Source of the DNA: an uncultured cyanobacterium
GTDB lineage: Bacteria > Cyanobacteriota > Cyanobacteriia > Cyanobacteriales > CAWUOF01
NCBI GenBank assembly: GCA_963744145.1
Contig: CAVUSO010000001.1
Span: 2,880,001 to 2,944,000, forward strand
DNA: 64,000 bases
Direction of reading: 5' to 3'
This document shows, one piece after another, positions 42,291 to 52,140 of this stretch (the first letter of the stretch is position 1; each line of letters starts with the position of its first letter). The notes under the pieces are model-generated. The model searched no databases. It was not told the DNA's origin and saw only the letters and a program-made list of their open reading frames with translations. The translations under genes were made by a program, and so were the position numbers.

Positions 42291-43001
42291 CAGTAATATT
42301 AGATCCGAATGCTTGAGCCCTTCTTCTGTGCCGAGATATCACAAAAAATTCTTAACTGAATGGATTGTAATATCTAGTTGATCTGTTGGTTGCATAGATG
42401 GTGAGGGCAAAGCATTTCGGTAATATTATCCTTCGCTTCAGCAATTATTTATGCGCCGAAATGCTTTGCCCCTACGAGGAACTGAACTGGATTGGTATTT
42501 AATTAGCGATCGCTTACAGATCAATGGGGTGTAGGGGCGAAGCATTCGGGCGATAATTTACCGCTTCAACCAGTAATATTAGATCCGAATGCTTCGCCCT
42601 TCTTCTGCGCCGAAATCCCCAAAAAATTCTTAACTGAATGGATTGTAATATCTAGTTGATCTGTTGGTTGCATAGATGGTGAGGGCAAAGCATTTCGGTA
42701 ATATTATTCTTCGTTTCAGCAATTATTTATGCGCCGAAATGCTTTGCCCCTACGAGGAACTGAACTGGATTGGTATTTAATCAGCGATCGCTTACAGATC
42801 AATGGGGTGTAGGGGCGAAGCATTCGGGCGATAATTTACCGCTTAAACCAGCAATATTAGATCCGAATGCTTCGCCCTTCTTCTGTGCCGAAATCCCCAA
42901 AAACATTATAGTTTAAGCAACTAATGAAATGCTGTACACCCCATTCCTACGTCATCCAATTTTTCAGAAAAATATTGTTGATCTTTTAGAAAAGCTATAT
43001 G

Positions 43002-44510
43002 TTAGAGTCTAGAGAAGAGAAAAGAGATACCCCCACACAACCCCCACACAACAGCACACACAACGCCCCGCACATCAAACTCCCCACCCCCCCAACCCCC
43101 CCACCCACAATCAGGGAGGTGTCCCACAGGAGCAGATATATTAAAAGTGAGGTCAGAGTAGCTCAACCAGCTTCCTCCTTTTTTCCAACCGACTTCATTT
43201 GCTAGTTTAACATAAGTATCGTAATCATAACTATCTAGCTTACCACCCAATTTGAGCCAGATTTTCTTCTGGACTGAAAACCCAAATTTGTCATTAGAAT
43301 GCTTTAACCACAACTGGTCAATGATCCGCAGTTCATTGTTCGGAAAATTACGACAGTTATCTTCTGTTAAGTATCCCTCTTTTTCCCTGTTCATAATTTT
43401 TAACATGACTCGACCAGTTTCTTGATCTGCTTCTTGCCATTTTTTGTCTGATAATAATTGCTCCAGTTTCCTCAAATCAGCTTTAGGTGTAACTAAATTA
43501 ACTTGGGGTGATGGAGGAGAAATTGGTTGAGGAATTGGTTGAGGAGGTTTAACAACAGGTTGAGGAATTGAGGTCGGTTGTAAATTCGCTAAAACCTCCT
43601 GTGCTGATGAAAACCGATCGTCTATCCGATCCTGTAACATCTTATCTAAAACTTTCGCTAAATCTCGATTAACAGAAATCCCTTTTTTCTGTAACCATTC
43701 TTTCCACACCCAGGATAAACTATTGAGATTGAAAATTTCATCCACAACTGAGCCATTTCTTTCCGTTGGTAATACTCCCGTTAATAATCTAATCGCTGTT
43801 ACTGCTAAACTATATAAATCACCAGAAGGGTGAAAACCTCCTCTCATTTGTTCTGGGGGTGCATAACCAGGAGTTCCTACTCCCGTCCCCAATTTAGTCA
43901 TTACTGTCGTACTGACTTGTTTAGATACACCAAAATCAATTAACACCAAATTGCTCACTTGACTATAAATCGCTGCATCGAGGGGGATACTACGACGGAT
44001 AATATTTTCTGGCTTAATATCTCGATGAATTACCGACTTTTTATGAATAAAATCTAAAACAGGTAAGATTTCTAATAGGAAATTTTTCACCTGAGTTTCG
44101 CTCAATCTCCCCGACTGTTGTAATTCGGCTAATAAATTTTGACCGGGAATAAATTCTTGAATTAAATATAATATCCCCTCCTGTTCAAAAAAAGCTAATA
44201 AATCAGGAATTTGGGGGTGTTTCCCTAATTTTTCTAATAAATCTGCTTCTTGTTCAAACAATTGAATACATTTTTGTAAAGCACCACTACCTTGTTGTAC
44301 GGGTAAGAATTGTTTAATCACACATTGAGTATTACGTCGATCTGTATCCACCGCGATCAAAGTTCGACCAAATCCACCCTCACCCAGGGAACGGATCAGA
44401 TGATAGCGATCGCGCAAGAACATTTTTGTCCCACAACCCTGACAAAACTTAGATTGAGGGGGGTTTTCGTAGGAACAATTAGGGTTAAGACATTTAATAA
44501 GGTTACTCAT
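43002..44510 (-). CDS. Ser/Thr protein kinase with N-terminal 4-Cys ribbon and C-terminal GUN4-like domain
   Basis: CLNPNC..CQGCG; GEGGFG, HRDIKPEN, DFG, GTPGY; Pro-rich linker; WQEADQET, IDQLW..SNDKFGFSVQKKIW, GHLP. Confidence 0.93.
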   Translation of the reverse strand: MSNLIKCLNPNCSYENPPQSKFCQGCGTKMFLRDRYHLIRSLGEGGFGRTLIAVDTDRRNTQCVIKQFLPVQQGSGALQKCIQLFEQEADLLEKLGKHPQIPDLLAFFEQEGILYLIQEFIPGQNLLAELQQSGRLSETQVKNFLLEILPVLDFIHKKSVIHRDIKPENIIRRSIPLDAAIYSQVSNLVLIDFGVSKQVSTTVMTKLGTGVGTPGYAPPEQMRGGFHPSGDLYSLAVTAIRLLTGVLPTERNGSVVDEIFNLNSLSWVWKEWLQKKGISVNRDLAKVLDKMLQDRIDDRFSSAQEVLANLQPTSIPQPVVKPPQPIPQPISPPSPQVNLVTPKADLRKLEQLLSDKKWQEADQETGRVMLKIMNREKEGYLTEDNCRNFPNNELRIIDQLWLKHSNDKFGFSVQKKIWLKLGGKLDSYDYDTYVKLANEVGWKKGGSWLSYSDLTFNISAPVGHLPDCGWGGWGGGEFDVRGVVCAVVWGLCGGISFLFSRL

Positions 44511-44609
44511 AATTTTGGAGACCTGATGTGATAAAATCAATTAGGTGGTTCTGATCATATCAGAAAAATTAATGGCGTTGCTGATGATCGGCAGACACCA
44601 AGAGATAAT
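44406..44609 (+). repeat. ~204-bp direct repeat, left copy (right copy 45978-46180)
   Basis: Kinase 5' end plus the upstream intergenic region; both copies start at GCGATCGC. Confidence 0.93.
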
Positions 44610-44660
44610 CAGGCAATTCCTGGTTTAGCAATATCAATCAAAACTCGCGCTGCAAGCACT

Positions 44661-44981
44661 ATGACTCCTCTATTAATGCTTCAACCCTCATCTCTAATCT
44701 CCTCTGGTGTTAAAATGAGGCAATTCGGTAATATTTATTTATTCAGGTTTACCGATGAACTCCAGTTTCGCTTTGAAGAACTTTTAGAAAAGAAAAAAGC
44801 TCATATACTCACTCCTAACGAAGAAGCTGAATATATGGGAATATCAGAACTAGAGCAGATTTTTACCCTAATTAACGCTCAACTTGCAGCCAAAAGCCAA
44901 TGGTGTCCAACTCAACTCGAAGACTTGTACGACGACGAGCCCGATACCTCTGTGAATACTGTCATTCCCCCGAATATCTAA
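44661..44981 (+). CDS. Small protein paired with an HNH nuclease (antitoxin-like)
   Basis: FRFTDELQFRFEELLEKKK..LTPNEEAEY; overlaps the HNH gene. Confidence 0.75.
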   Translation: MTPLLMLQPSSLISSGVKMRQFGNIYLFRFTDELQFRFEELLEKKKAHILTPNEEAEYMGISELEQIFTLINAQLAAKSQWCPTQLEDLYDDEPDTSVNTVIPPNI

Positions 44982-45346
44982 GTCCAGACCGTTTCACAAT
45001 TGACCATATTATGCCTCAATCTTTAGGAGGATCTGACCAACCTGATAATCTTGCTTTGGCTTGTCATCGCTGTAACGAGCGCCGTTATAACTTTACATCA
45101 GGAATTGATCCCCAAACTCAAGCAGAGATCCCTTTGTTTAATCCCCGTCAACAACAGTGGTCTGATCATTTTATTTGGACAAAAGACGGTACAATAATTT
45201 TAGGAAAAACTCCTACAGGTAGGGCTACTGACCATCGCATTGACTTAAATGATAAACGCATTGATGAGCCATCTATTCAAATTGCCCGTCGTTTTTGGAT
45301 AGTAGCAGGTTGGCATCCACCTCAGCTTGATCCGCTTCAAGAATGA
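44900..45346 (+). CDS. HNH endonuclease
   Basis: CEYC..IDHIMP..GG..NLALACHRCN and LFNPR motifs. Confidence 0.93.
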   Translation: MVSNSTRRLVRRRARYLCEYCHSPEYLSPDRFTIDHIMPQSLGGSDQPDNLALACHRCNERRYNFTSGIDPQTQAEIPLFNPRQQQWSDHFIWTKDGTIILGKTPTGRATDHRIDLNDKRIDEPSIQIARRFWIVAGWHPPQLDPLQE

Positions 45347-45363
45347 CGAAGTTAAGGTGTTGC

Positions 45364-45934
45364 TTAATCAGCGATCGCTTGCAGATCAATCCGGTGTAGG
45401 GGCGAAGCATTCGGGCGATAATTTACCGCTTAAACCAGCAATATTATATCCGAATGCTTCGCCCTTCTTCTGCGCCGAGCTCCCCAAAAATTCTTAACTG
45501 AATGGATTGTAATATCTAGTTGATCTGTTGGTTGCATAGATGGTGAGGGCAAAGCATTTCGGTAATATTATTCCTCGCTTCAGTAATCATTTATGCGCCG
45601 AAATGCTTTGCCCCTACAAGGAACTGAACTGGATTGGTATTTAATCAGCGATCGCTTGCCGATCAATCGGGTGTAGGGGCGAAGCATTCGGGCGATAATT
45701 GAACAATCAAGCCAGCAATATTATACCCGAATGCTTCGCCCTTCTTCTAAAGCCGAGAGTTCCCAAAAAATTCTTAACTGAATGTATTATATAATATTTA
45801 GTTGATCTGTTGGTTGCATAGGTGGCAATGGCAAAGCATTTCGGTCATATTATTCTTCGTTTCAGTCATCATTTATGGGCCGAAATGCTTTGCCCCTACA
45901 AGGAACTGAACTGGATTGGTATTTAATCAGCGAT
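45364..45934. repeat. Third array of the double-hairpin unit (2 units)
   Basis: Hairpin B at ~45396 and 45673; hairpin A at ~45546 and 45830; starts and ends at AATCAGCGAT. Confidence 0.95.
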
Positions 45935-45982
45935 AAACCTACGGCTCGTTGCCGCGATAAGCCTACGGCTCGCTGCCGCGAT
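45935..45982 (+). repeat. Two tandem 24-bp units inserted within a HIP1 site
   Basis: GCGAT[AAACCTACGGCTCGTTGCCGCGAT][AAGCCTACGGCTCGCTGCCGCGAT]CGC. Confidence 0.85.
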
Positions 45983-46180
45983 CGCGCCAGAACATTTTTG
46001 TCCCACAACCCTGACAAAACTTAGATTGAGGGGGGTTTTCGTAGGGACAATTAGGGTTAAGACATTTAATAAGGTTACTCATAATTTTGGAGATATGATG
46101 TGGTAAAATCATTTAGCTACTTTTATCATATCAGAAAAATTAATAGTGTTGCTGATGATCGGCACACACCACGAAATAAT
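45978..46180 (+). repeat. ~204-bp direct repeat, right copy (contains a kinase 5' stub on the minus strand, 45978-46082)
   Basis: Aligns with 44406-44609, with scattered mismatches. Confidence 0.93.
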
Positions 46181-46205
46181 TAAATAATGATTTCCCAAAT
46201 GGATC

Positions 46206-46844
46206 ATGACTCAAACTTTCCCGATCGAGCGCAGTTTGAAAACATTCAATCAACTGCAAAGTCAATTCAACCTGCAACGCAGTACAGATGACCAATTCTT
46301 TACTGAATGGTTAAACCCTGACAGCAAACTAACGGAGAAAGAACAACAAGCACTTAATGCTATTCAACAGAAATACTTTTATCAATTATCTGATGGTCAA
46401 TTAGGAGAAGAAACAATTAAATTAATTGTTCTATCCCCATTGCTAGATTTAGCAGGATTTTTTAATCCTCCCTTTCGATTTAAAACGGAAACAACTGTAC
46501 AAATTAGGGTAGAAAGTGATGATGTAACTTATCGAGGACGTATTGATGCGCTGGTGATTCAAGAAAAACTTTGGGTTGTGGTAATAGAATCCAAGGAAAC
46601 CAGCTTTTCCTTAGAACTTGCTTTGCCACAAACATTAGCTTATATGTTAGCTAGTCCTAACCAAGAACAACCCGTTTTTGGGATGGTGACAAATGGGGGA
46701 AGTTTTATTTTTGTCAAGCTGTTAACTCAAGATTTCCCTCAGTATGAATTATCTGATCTATTTTCTCTCCTTCCTCGACGCAATCAGCTTTATAATGTGT
46801 GTCAAATTCTCAAATATTTGGGAAAATGTATTAGCTCTCAATAA
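46206..46844 (+). CDS. Type I restriction HsdR N-terminal-like (PD-(D/E)XK) protein
   Basis: RGRIDALV..VIESK..LPQTLAYM..GMVTNG. Confidence 0.8.
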   Translation: MTQTFPIERSLKTFNQLQSQFNLQRSTDDQFFTEWLNPDSKLTEKEQQALNAIQQKYFYQLSDGQLGEETIKLIVLSPLLDLAGFFNPPFRFKTETTVQIRVESDDVTYRGRIDALVIQEKLWVVVIESKETSFSLELALPQTLAYMLASPNQEQPVFGMVTNGGSFIFVKLLTQDFPQYELSDLFSLLPRRNQLYNVCQILKYLGKCISSQ

Positions 46845-46849
46845 ATACC

Positions 46850-49800
46850 ATGACTAATTTTGATGCTGCTACCACCGAACTTTGTCAACAACTCACTCAA
46901 ACCTATTATCAGCTATCAACAGTAGACCAAAAAATTATCCAATTATTTGCCCTTATTTACGAACCGATCAGCCGAACAGCTTTCCTCGCTTGTTTGAATC
47001 AAAGCGGGACTAGGAATGAAGACGGGAAAGTTTTTATCGACTCAACCTTAAAACTACATATTGATAAATTAATCACAGCTGGCTTACTGATTCAAGAAAG
47101 AGGACAAGGGCCACAATGTCATCGGTTACTAACAGAGATAGCAATTCGCCATGCTGTAAAAAGCGGAACTTTTGAAGCACTAGCCACAACAGTACAGGAA
47201 AAACTACCCGTATCCAGAAGCCACACAAGCGGCACAATATATTTTCAAAATCAACGTCAATTCCTGCGGGAAGTACGGATTGGTATATATCGTCAAGACC
47301 TGAAATTCATTAATCAAGCAGTAGAAGATTACTATAAATACGGGCCGGGTAAAGACAAGATATTAATCAATGACATCTTTGAACAAATTTTTAACCAACC
47401 CTTCGATGCCGATTGGTTTAGTACCTTAACTCAAGAATTATATGAAACCGCTTTATTAAGTATTTTTGGAAATGCCACATTCCAATGTTATCCTGCCGAA
47501 GAACCATTAGCAATGCTTCAAGCAGAATGTACAAATCATGGACAACATTGCTCAGATTATCTCCAACTAATTTTGACAGAACAATTGCTGCTGCGCGGTT
47601 GTCTAGCAGAAGCACAACAGACATTAGAACGAATATCAGATAACTATCAAGATCATGCTGCTGTCTTTTGGGGTTGGTTACACTTTTTGCGAGGTGAGAA
47701 CGAAAAAGCGATCGCAATTTACAAAACAACCCTGCAATTACTCAAAAAAACTTTGGGAAAAAACAAGGCTTATTTCAAAACTATCCCTGGGCTATTTTTC
47801 ATCTTAGCATTATTAAAAGATGGTTCACCCGCACGCCTACAAGAAGCCGAAGAATATGCTAATTTAATGTATCGTCAATCTGACCATTGGCTAAAACCTA
47901 TTTATAGCCAACTGAAAAATTTATTGCAAGTACAACAGGGTAATATTACCCAAAAAGAATTGATTATCAGTGCCGATATTCCCCTCTGGGAAGAAGGCAA
48001 TAGTTTAGCAACATTGTTATTTTCCCTCTGTCTTTACTGGGTAGATGCGAATGGAGCAAAAAAGCGTTTACCTAAATTGTTAGAATCGTTATATCAGCAA
48101 GCATTAACATCTAATTATCACTGGCTGGCAATGGAGTGTGCCGAACTCCTATCGCGGCTCAAACCTCGCAGTAGTTATAACACACAAGCAGAAATATTAC
48201 GCTCTGATAGCAGCATTCACAGCATAGTAGATATGATTCACCCCCAAGAACATTGGGAACTTTGCTTGAATGCTCTCGCTAATCTCCACCAAGAACCTGT
48301 CGCACCTGTCAACACCAAATCGGAACTGCGTTTGGTATGGTTTATTACCTTTTACCCTAGCCAATGTTTCCTGCAACCCCGCGAACAAAAAATCAGTAAA
48401 AGTGGATGGAGTAGAGGTCGTCCCATTGCCCTGAAACGCTTAACCAGTAATTTAGCAGAGTTTGATTATCTTACACCCCAGGATATTCGAGTTTGTAGCT
48501 ATATCGAGACTTATATTAACGGAAATTATGGATATGGCGGTAAAACCGATTATAAATTTAACGAAAAAGCCATTTGTGCATTAATTGGACATCCCTTAGT
48601 CTTTTGGGAAGATGCACCAAACATTCGTGTCGAAATCGTTAAAGGAGAACCGGAACTAATTATCAAAAAAGGTAAACAAGACCGCTTAATTCTAGAATTT
48701 TTTCCGAAACTACCAATCGACCAGGACTTGGTAACTATTAAAGAAACTCTAACCCGGATTAAAGTAATTGAAATTAATGCCGAACACCGACGGATTGCCG
48801 AGATTATTGGTCAAGGAAATCGGTTAGAAGTACCTGCTTTTGCCCAAGAACGAGTCTTAGCAGCCATCAAAACTGTTTCCAGCATAGTTACAGTACATTC
48901 AGATATCGGTGGAGAGTTTTCTATTGCTGAAGAAGTACCAGCCCAGACAATCCCCCATATTCAATTATTGCCTGCGGGTGGTGGATTAAAAGTAGCAATA
49001 TTATCTCGTCCTTTTGCCCAAGGTGGTTCCTACTATCGTCCAGGAACAGGGGGCGAAACTGTGATTGCTGAGATTGAGGGTAAACGACTGCAAACTAAGC
49101 GTAATCTAAGCGAAGAAAAACAACTCGCTCATGCTGTAGTTACGGCTTGTCCTACCTTAACTAGCACTGAAGAAGAGGACGGTGAATGGGTAATCGAAAA
49201 TCCAGAAGATTGTTTGGAACTGCTACTGGAACTGCAAGCATTGGGCGATCGGGTGGTGCTGGAATGGCCCGAAGGAGAGAAACTGCGGGTTAAATACCAA
49301 GCAGACTTGAAAGATTTCCATTTGGCAATTCAACGTCAGCAGGACTGGTTTGCGGTGACTGGTGAATTGTCCTTAGAGAGTGACTTGGTGCTTTCGATGC
49401 AGCAGCTTTTGGTACTTTTGGAACAAACACCTAGCCGTTTTATTCCTTTGGGAGATGGTCAATTCCTGGCTTTAACCCAATCCTTTCGCAAACATCTCGA
49501 TGAATTGCGGACGATCGCCGAAAAACAGGGTAAAGGGATGCGCGTTCACCCTTTAGCAACTTTGGGATTGCAAGATTTCGTTGATGAGGTGGGTCAACTC
49601 AAAGCAGACAAACACTGGCGATCGCATATCCAGCGTTTGCAGGAAGCGCAGAACCTCCAACCAGAATTACCCTCTACATTGCAAGCCACACTCCGCGATT
49701 ATCAAATGGAAGGTTTCGAGTGGATGGCGCGTTTGGCCCATTGGGGTGTGGGCGCTTGTTTAGCTGACCAAATGGGACTTGGTAAGACTGTCCAGGCTTT

Positions 49801-51067
49801 GGCTGTGATTCTGTCTCGCGCCCAAGCTGGAGCGACTCTAATTGTGGCACCAACTTCTGTGTGCCTAAATTGGGTGAGTGAAACCCAAAAGTTTGCGCCT
49901 ACACTCAATATTATTCAATTTGGTACTAGTGACCGTCAAAAATTGTTGGATAGTTTAAAGCCATTTGATCTGTTGGTTTGCAGCTATGGTTTGTTGCAGC
50001 AAGAAGAAGTTTCCCAAATGCTGTCTCAGGTGGAATGGCAAACAATTGTACTCGATGAAGCCCAGGCGATTAAAAATATGGCTACCAAGCGTTCCCAAGC
50101 AGCGATGAATCTCCAAGCTGGTTTTAAGTTAATTACGACGGGAACTCCGATTGAAAACCATTTGGGTGAGTTGTGGAATTTGTTTCGTTTTATTAATCCT
50201 GGGTTGTTAGGTTCTTGGGAAAGTTTCAATCAGCGTTTTGCGATTCCGATTGAGAAGTTTCAGGATAAACAGGTACGTCATAGATTGAAAAAGCTAATTC
50301 AACCATTCCTGCTACGACGGACGAAGACTCAAGTGTTAGAAGAATTGCCGGAACGTACTGAAATTTTGCTGCAAGTAGAGTTAAGTCAGGAAGAAATGGC
50401 ATTGTATGAGGCGTTGCGTCAGAAGGCGATCGCTAAACTTGCTGATAGTGAGGCGAATGCGGGACAGAAACATCTGCAAGTGTTGGCAGAAATTATGAAA
50501 TTGCGTCGTGTTTGCTGTAATAGCCGTCTGGTAATGCCGGAGATGGAAATACCTTCTTCAAAGTTACAATTGTTTGGTGAGATATTGAATGAGTTGTTAG
50601 AAAATCGTCATAAAGCTTTGGTTTTTAGTCAGTTTGTTGACCATCTGCACATTCTTCGCGATTATTTGGATAAGCAAGAAATTAAATATCAATATTTAGA
50701 TGGCAGCACTCCCGCAGCCGAACGAAAAAAACGAGTGGATGCTTTCCAGTCAGGGGTTGGAGATGTGTTTTTAATTAGTCTAAAAGCTGGGGGAACTGGA
50801 ATAAATTTAACTGCGGCTGATTATGTGATTCATACAGACCCTTGGTGGAATCCAGCAGTTGAAGACCAAGCTTCTGACCGTGCTCATCGCATTGGTCAAC
50901 AACGTCCGGTTACTATTTATCGCTTGGTTGCTAAGGATACTATTGAGGAAAAAATTGTGGATTTACATCATCATAAACGAGATTTGGCGGCTAGTTTGTT
51001 AGAAGGTACTGATACTAGTGGTAAGATATCTACTGAGGAGTTGCTGCGGTTGATTCAGGGAAGTTAA
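46850..51067 (+). CDS. Large SNF2-family helicase/ATPase
   Basis: LRDYQ, LADQMGLGKT, DEAQ, TGTPIEN, FSQF, SLKAGGTG and QASDRAHRIGQ motifs; long N-terminal HTH/TPR-like region. Confidence 0.95.
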   Translation: MTNFDAATTELCQQLTQTYYQLSTVDQKIIQLFALIYEPISRTAFLACLNQSGTRNEDGKVFIDSTLKLHIDKLITAGLLIQERGQGPQCHRLLTEIAIRHAVKSGTFEALATTVQEKLPVSRSHTSGTIYFQNQRQFLREVRIGIYRQDLKFINQAVEDYYKYGPGKDKILINDIFEQIFNQPFDADWFSTLTQELYETALLSIFGNATFQCYPAEEPLAMLQAECTNHGQHCSDYLQLILTEQLLLRGCLAEAQQTLERISDNYQDHAAVFWGWLHFLRGENEKAIAIYKTTLQLLKKTLGKNKAYFKTIPGLFFILALLKDGSPARLQEAEEYANLMYRQSDHWLKPIYSQLKNLLQVQQGNITQKELIISADIPLWEEGNSLATLLFSLCLYWVDANGAKKRLPKLLESLYQQALTSNYHWLAMECAELLSRLKPRSSYNTQAEILRSDSSIHSIVDMIHPQEHWELCLNALANLHQEPVAPVNTKSELRLVWFITFYPSQCFLQPREQKISKSGWSRGRPIALKRLTSNLAEFDYLTPQDIRVCSYIETYINGNYGYGGKTDYKFNEKAICALIGHPLVFWEDAPNIRVEIVKGEPELIIKKGKQDRLILEFFPKLPIDQDLVTIKETLTRIKVIEINAEHRRIAEIIGQGNRLEVPAFAQERVLAAIKTVSSIVTVHSDIGGEFSIAEEVPAQTIPHIQLLPAGGGLKVAILSRPFAQGGSYYRPGTGGETVIAEIEGKRLQTKRNLSEEKQLAHAVVTACPTLTSTEEEDGEWVIENPEDCLELLLELQALGDRVVLEWPEGEKLRVKYQADLKDFHLAIQRQQDWFAVTGELSLESDLVLSMQQLLVLLEQTPSRFIPLGDGQFLALTQSFRKHLDELRTIAEKQGKGMRVHPLATLGLQDFVDEVGQLKADKHWRSHIQRLQEAQNLQPELPSTLQATLRDYQMEGFEWMARLAHWGVGACLADQMGLGKTVQALAVILSRAQAGATLIVAPTSVCLNWVSETQKFAPTLNIIQFGTSDRQKLLDSLKPFDLLVCSYGLLQQEEVSQMLSQVEWQTIVLDEAQAIKNMATKRSQAAMNLQAGFKLITTGTPIENHLGELWNLFRFINPGLLGSWESFNQRFAIPIEKFQDKQVRHRLKKLIQPFLLRRTKTQVLEELPERTEILLQVELSQEEMALYEALRQKAIAKLADSEANAGQKHLQVLAEIMKLRRVCCNSRLVMPEMEIPSSKLQLFGEILNELLENRHKALVFSQFVDHLHILRDYLDKQEIKYQYLDGSTPAAERKKRVDAFQSGVGDVFLISLKAGGTGINLTAADYVIHTDPWWNPAVEDQASDRAHRIGQQRPVTIYRLVAKDTIEEKIVDLHHHKRDLAASLLEGTDTSGKISTEELLRLIQGS

Positions 51068-51156
51068 AACTATTGCCATAAGATGACTCAGTTTCTAGGA
51101 AGATCTGACCAACCTGATCACCTAAGCTCCTGAATGATCCCAATATTTGCCTAAAA

Positions 51157-52113
51157 TTAAAGTAGACATTGTTCAATCGTTGCGACAACTGATTGAGACA
51201 AGGATGATAAATCATAACCACCTTCTAACCCAAACAAAATCCGACGCTGGATTTGTAAACAATATTGGGTAAATAGTTTAAAGTCCTGGGGTAAAAGTTG
51301 GATTTGGGCTAAAGGATCAGCCATGTTAGCATCATAACCAGCACTAACAATTAATAAATCTGGCTGAACTTTAGTTAAAAAAGGCATTACCTTGGTTTCA
51401 AAAGCTGTCTGATATTCTAGACTACCACTACCTGGAATCATGGGAATATTTAAAACATTATCGTAGGCACCACATTCATTTTCATAGCCAGTTCCAGGAT
51501 AACAAGGTGATTGATGTAATGAACAATAAGCGATCTGGGGATGATTTTCCACGATCGCTTGTGTCCCATTACCATGATGGACATCCCAATCTAAAATAGC
51601 TACGCGCTGAATTCCTGCTTGAGTTAAAGCATAAATAGCTGCGATCGCTGCATTAGAAAACAAACAAAAACCCATCCCTTGCTCACTCATCGCATGATGT
51701 CCAGGAGGACGTGCTAACACAAAAGCTGGTTCATTCCTAGTGATGACCAGATCCACCCCATCTAACCAAGCACTAATCGCTAAGAGAGCTACATCATAAC
51801 TCTGAGCAGAAACAGGAGTGTCAGGAGTGAGGTAACCACCACCCCGATCGGCAATATACTTCACTTCTTCAATATATGCAGGGTCATGCACTTGTGTGAG
51901 TAAAGGCATGAAAGAGCGTTGGTCAACCCTAGTAGGTAATTGCCATTTGATCTGGTTAGCCCAAGGAACAGCTTGTAATGCTTCCACGATCGCACTCAAA
52001 CGAGCAGGTCGTTCTGGGTGAACTCGACCAGTATCATGGAGCAAGAAATCTTCTGAATAGATTACAGATACCATAGATGCCGATACAGATGTGTGATGGG
52101 CAAGTGATGACAT
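51157..52113 (-). CDS. Histone deacetylase-family amidohydrolase
   Basis: HPERP, RPPGHHA, GFC, DWDVHHGNGT, SAGYD and LEGGY motifs. Confidence 0.95.
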   Translation of the reverse strand: MSSLAHHTSVSASMVSVIYSEDFLLHDTGRVHPERPARLSAIVEALQAVPWANQIKWQLPTRVDQRSFMPLLTQVHDPAYIEEVKYIADRGGGYLTPDTPVSAQSYDVALLAISAWLDGVDLVITRNEPAFVLARPPGHHAMSEQGMGFCLFSNAAIAAIYALTQAGIQRVAILDWDVHHGNGTQAIVENHPQIAYCSLHQSPCYPGTGYENECGAYDNVLNIPMIPGSGSLEYQTAFETKVMPFLTKVQPDLLIVSAGYDANMADPLAQIQLLPQDFKLFTQYCLQIQRRILFGLEGGYDLSSLSQSVVATIEQCLL

Positions 52114-52140
52114 TAACCCAATGCCATCAGCGATCGCTTT

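Larger units (their letters stand above)
40200..42903. repeat. Second tandem array of the double-hairpin unit (~278-bp period), interrupted by ISAs1
   Basis: Hairpin A at ~40309, 40585, 42404, 42682; hairpin B at ~40436, 42203, 42531, 42809. Confidence 0.95.

Noticed and set aside
42999..43205. 68-aa Pro/Thr-rich ORF on the + strand
   Set aside because: It is the antisense shadow of the G-rich kinase tail and is open only because T is scarce
38694..51067. Complete DGR, retron or integron in the accessory region
   Set aside because: No reverse transcriptase, Avd or tyrosine integrase ORF and no template repeat could be seen; only the candidate variable region is reported
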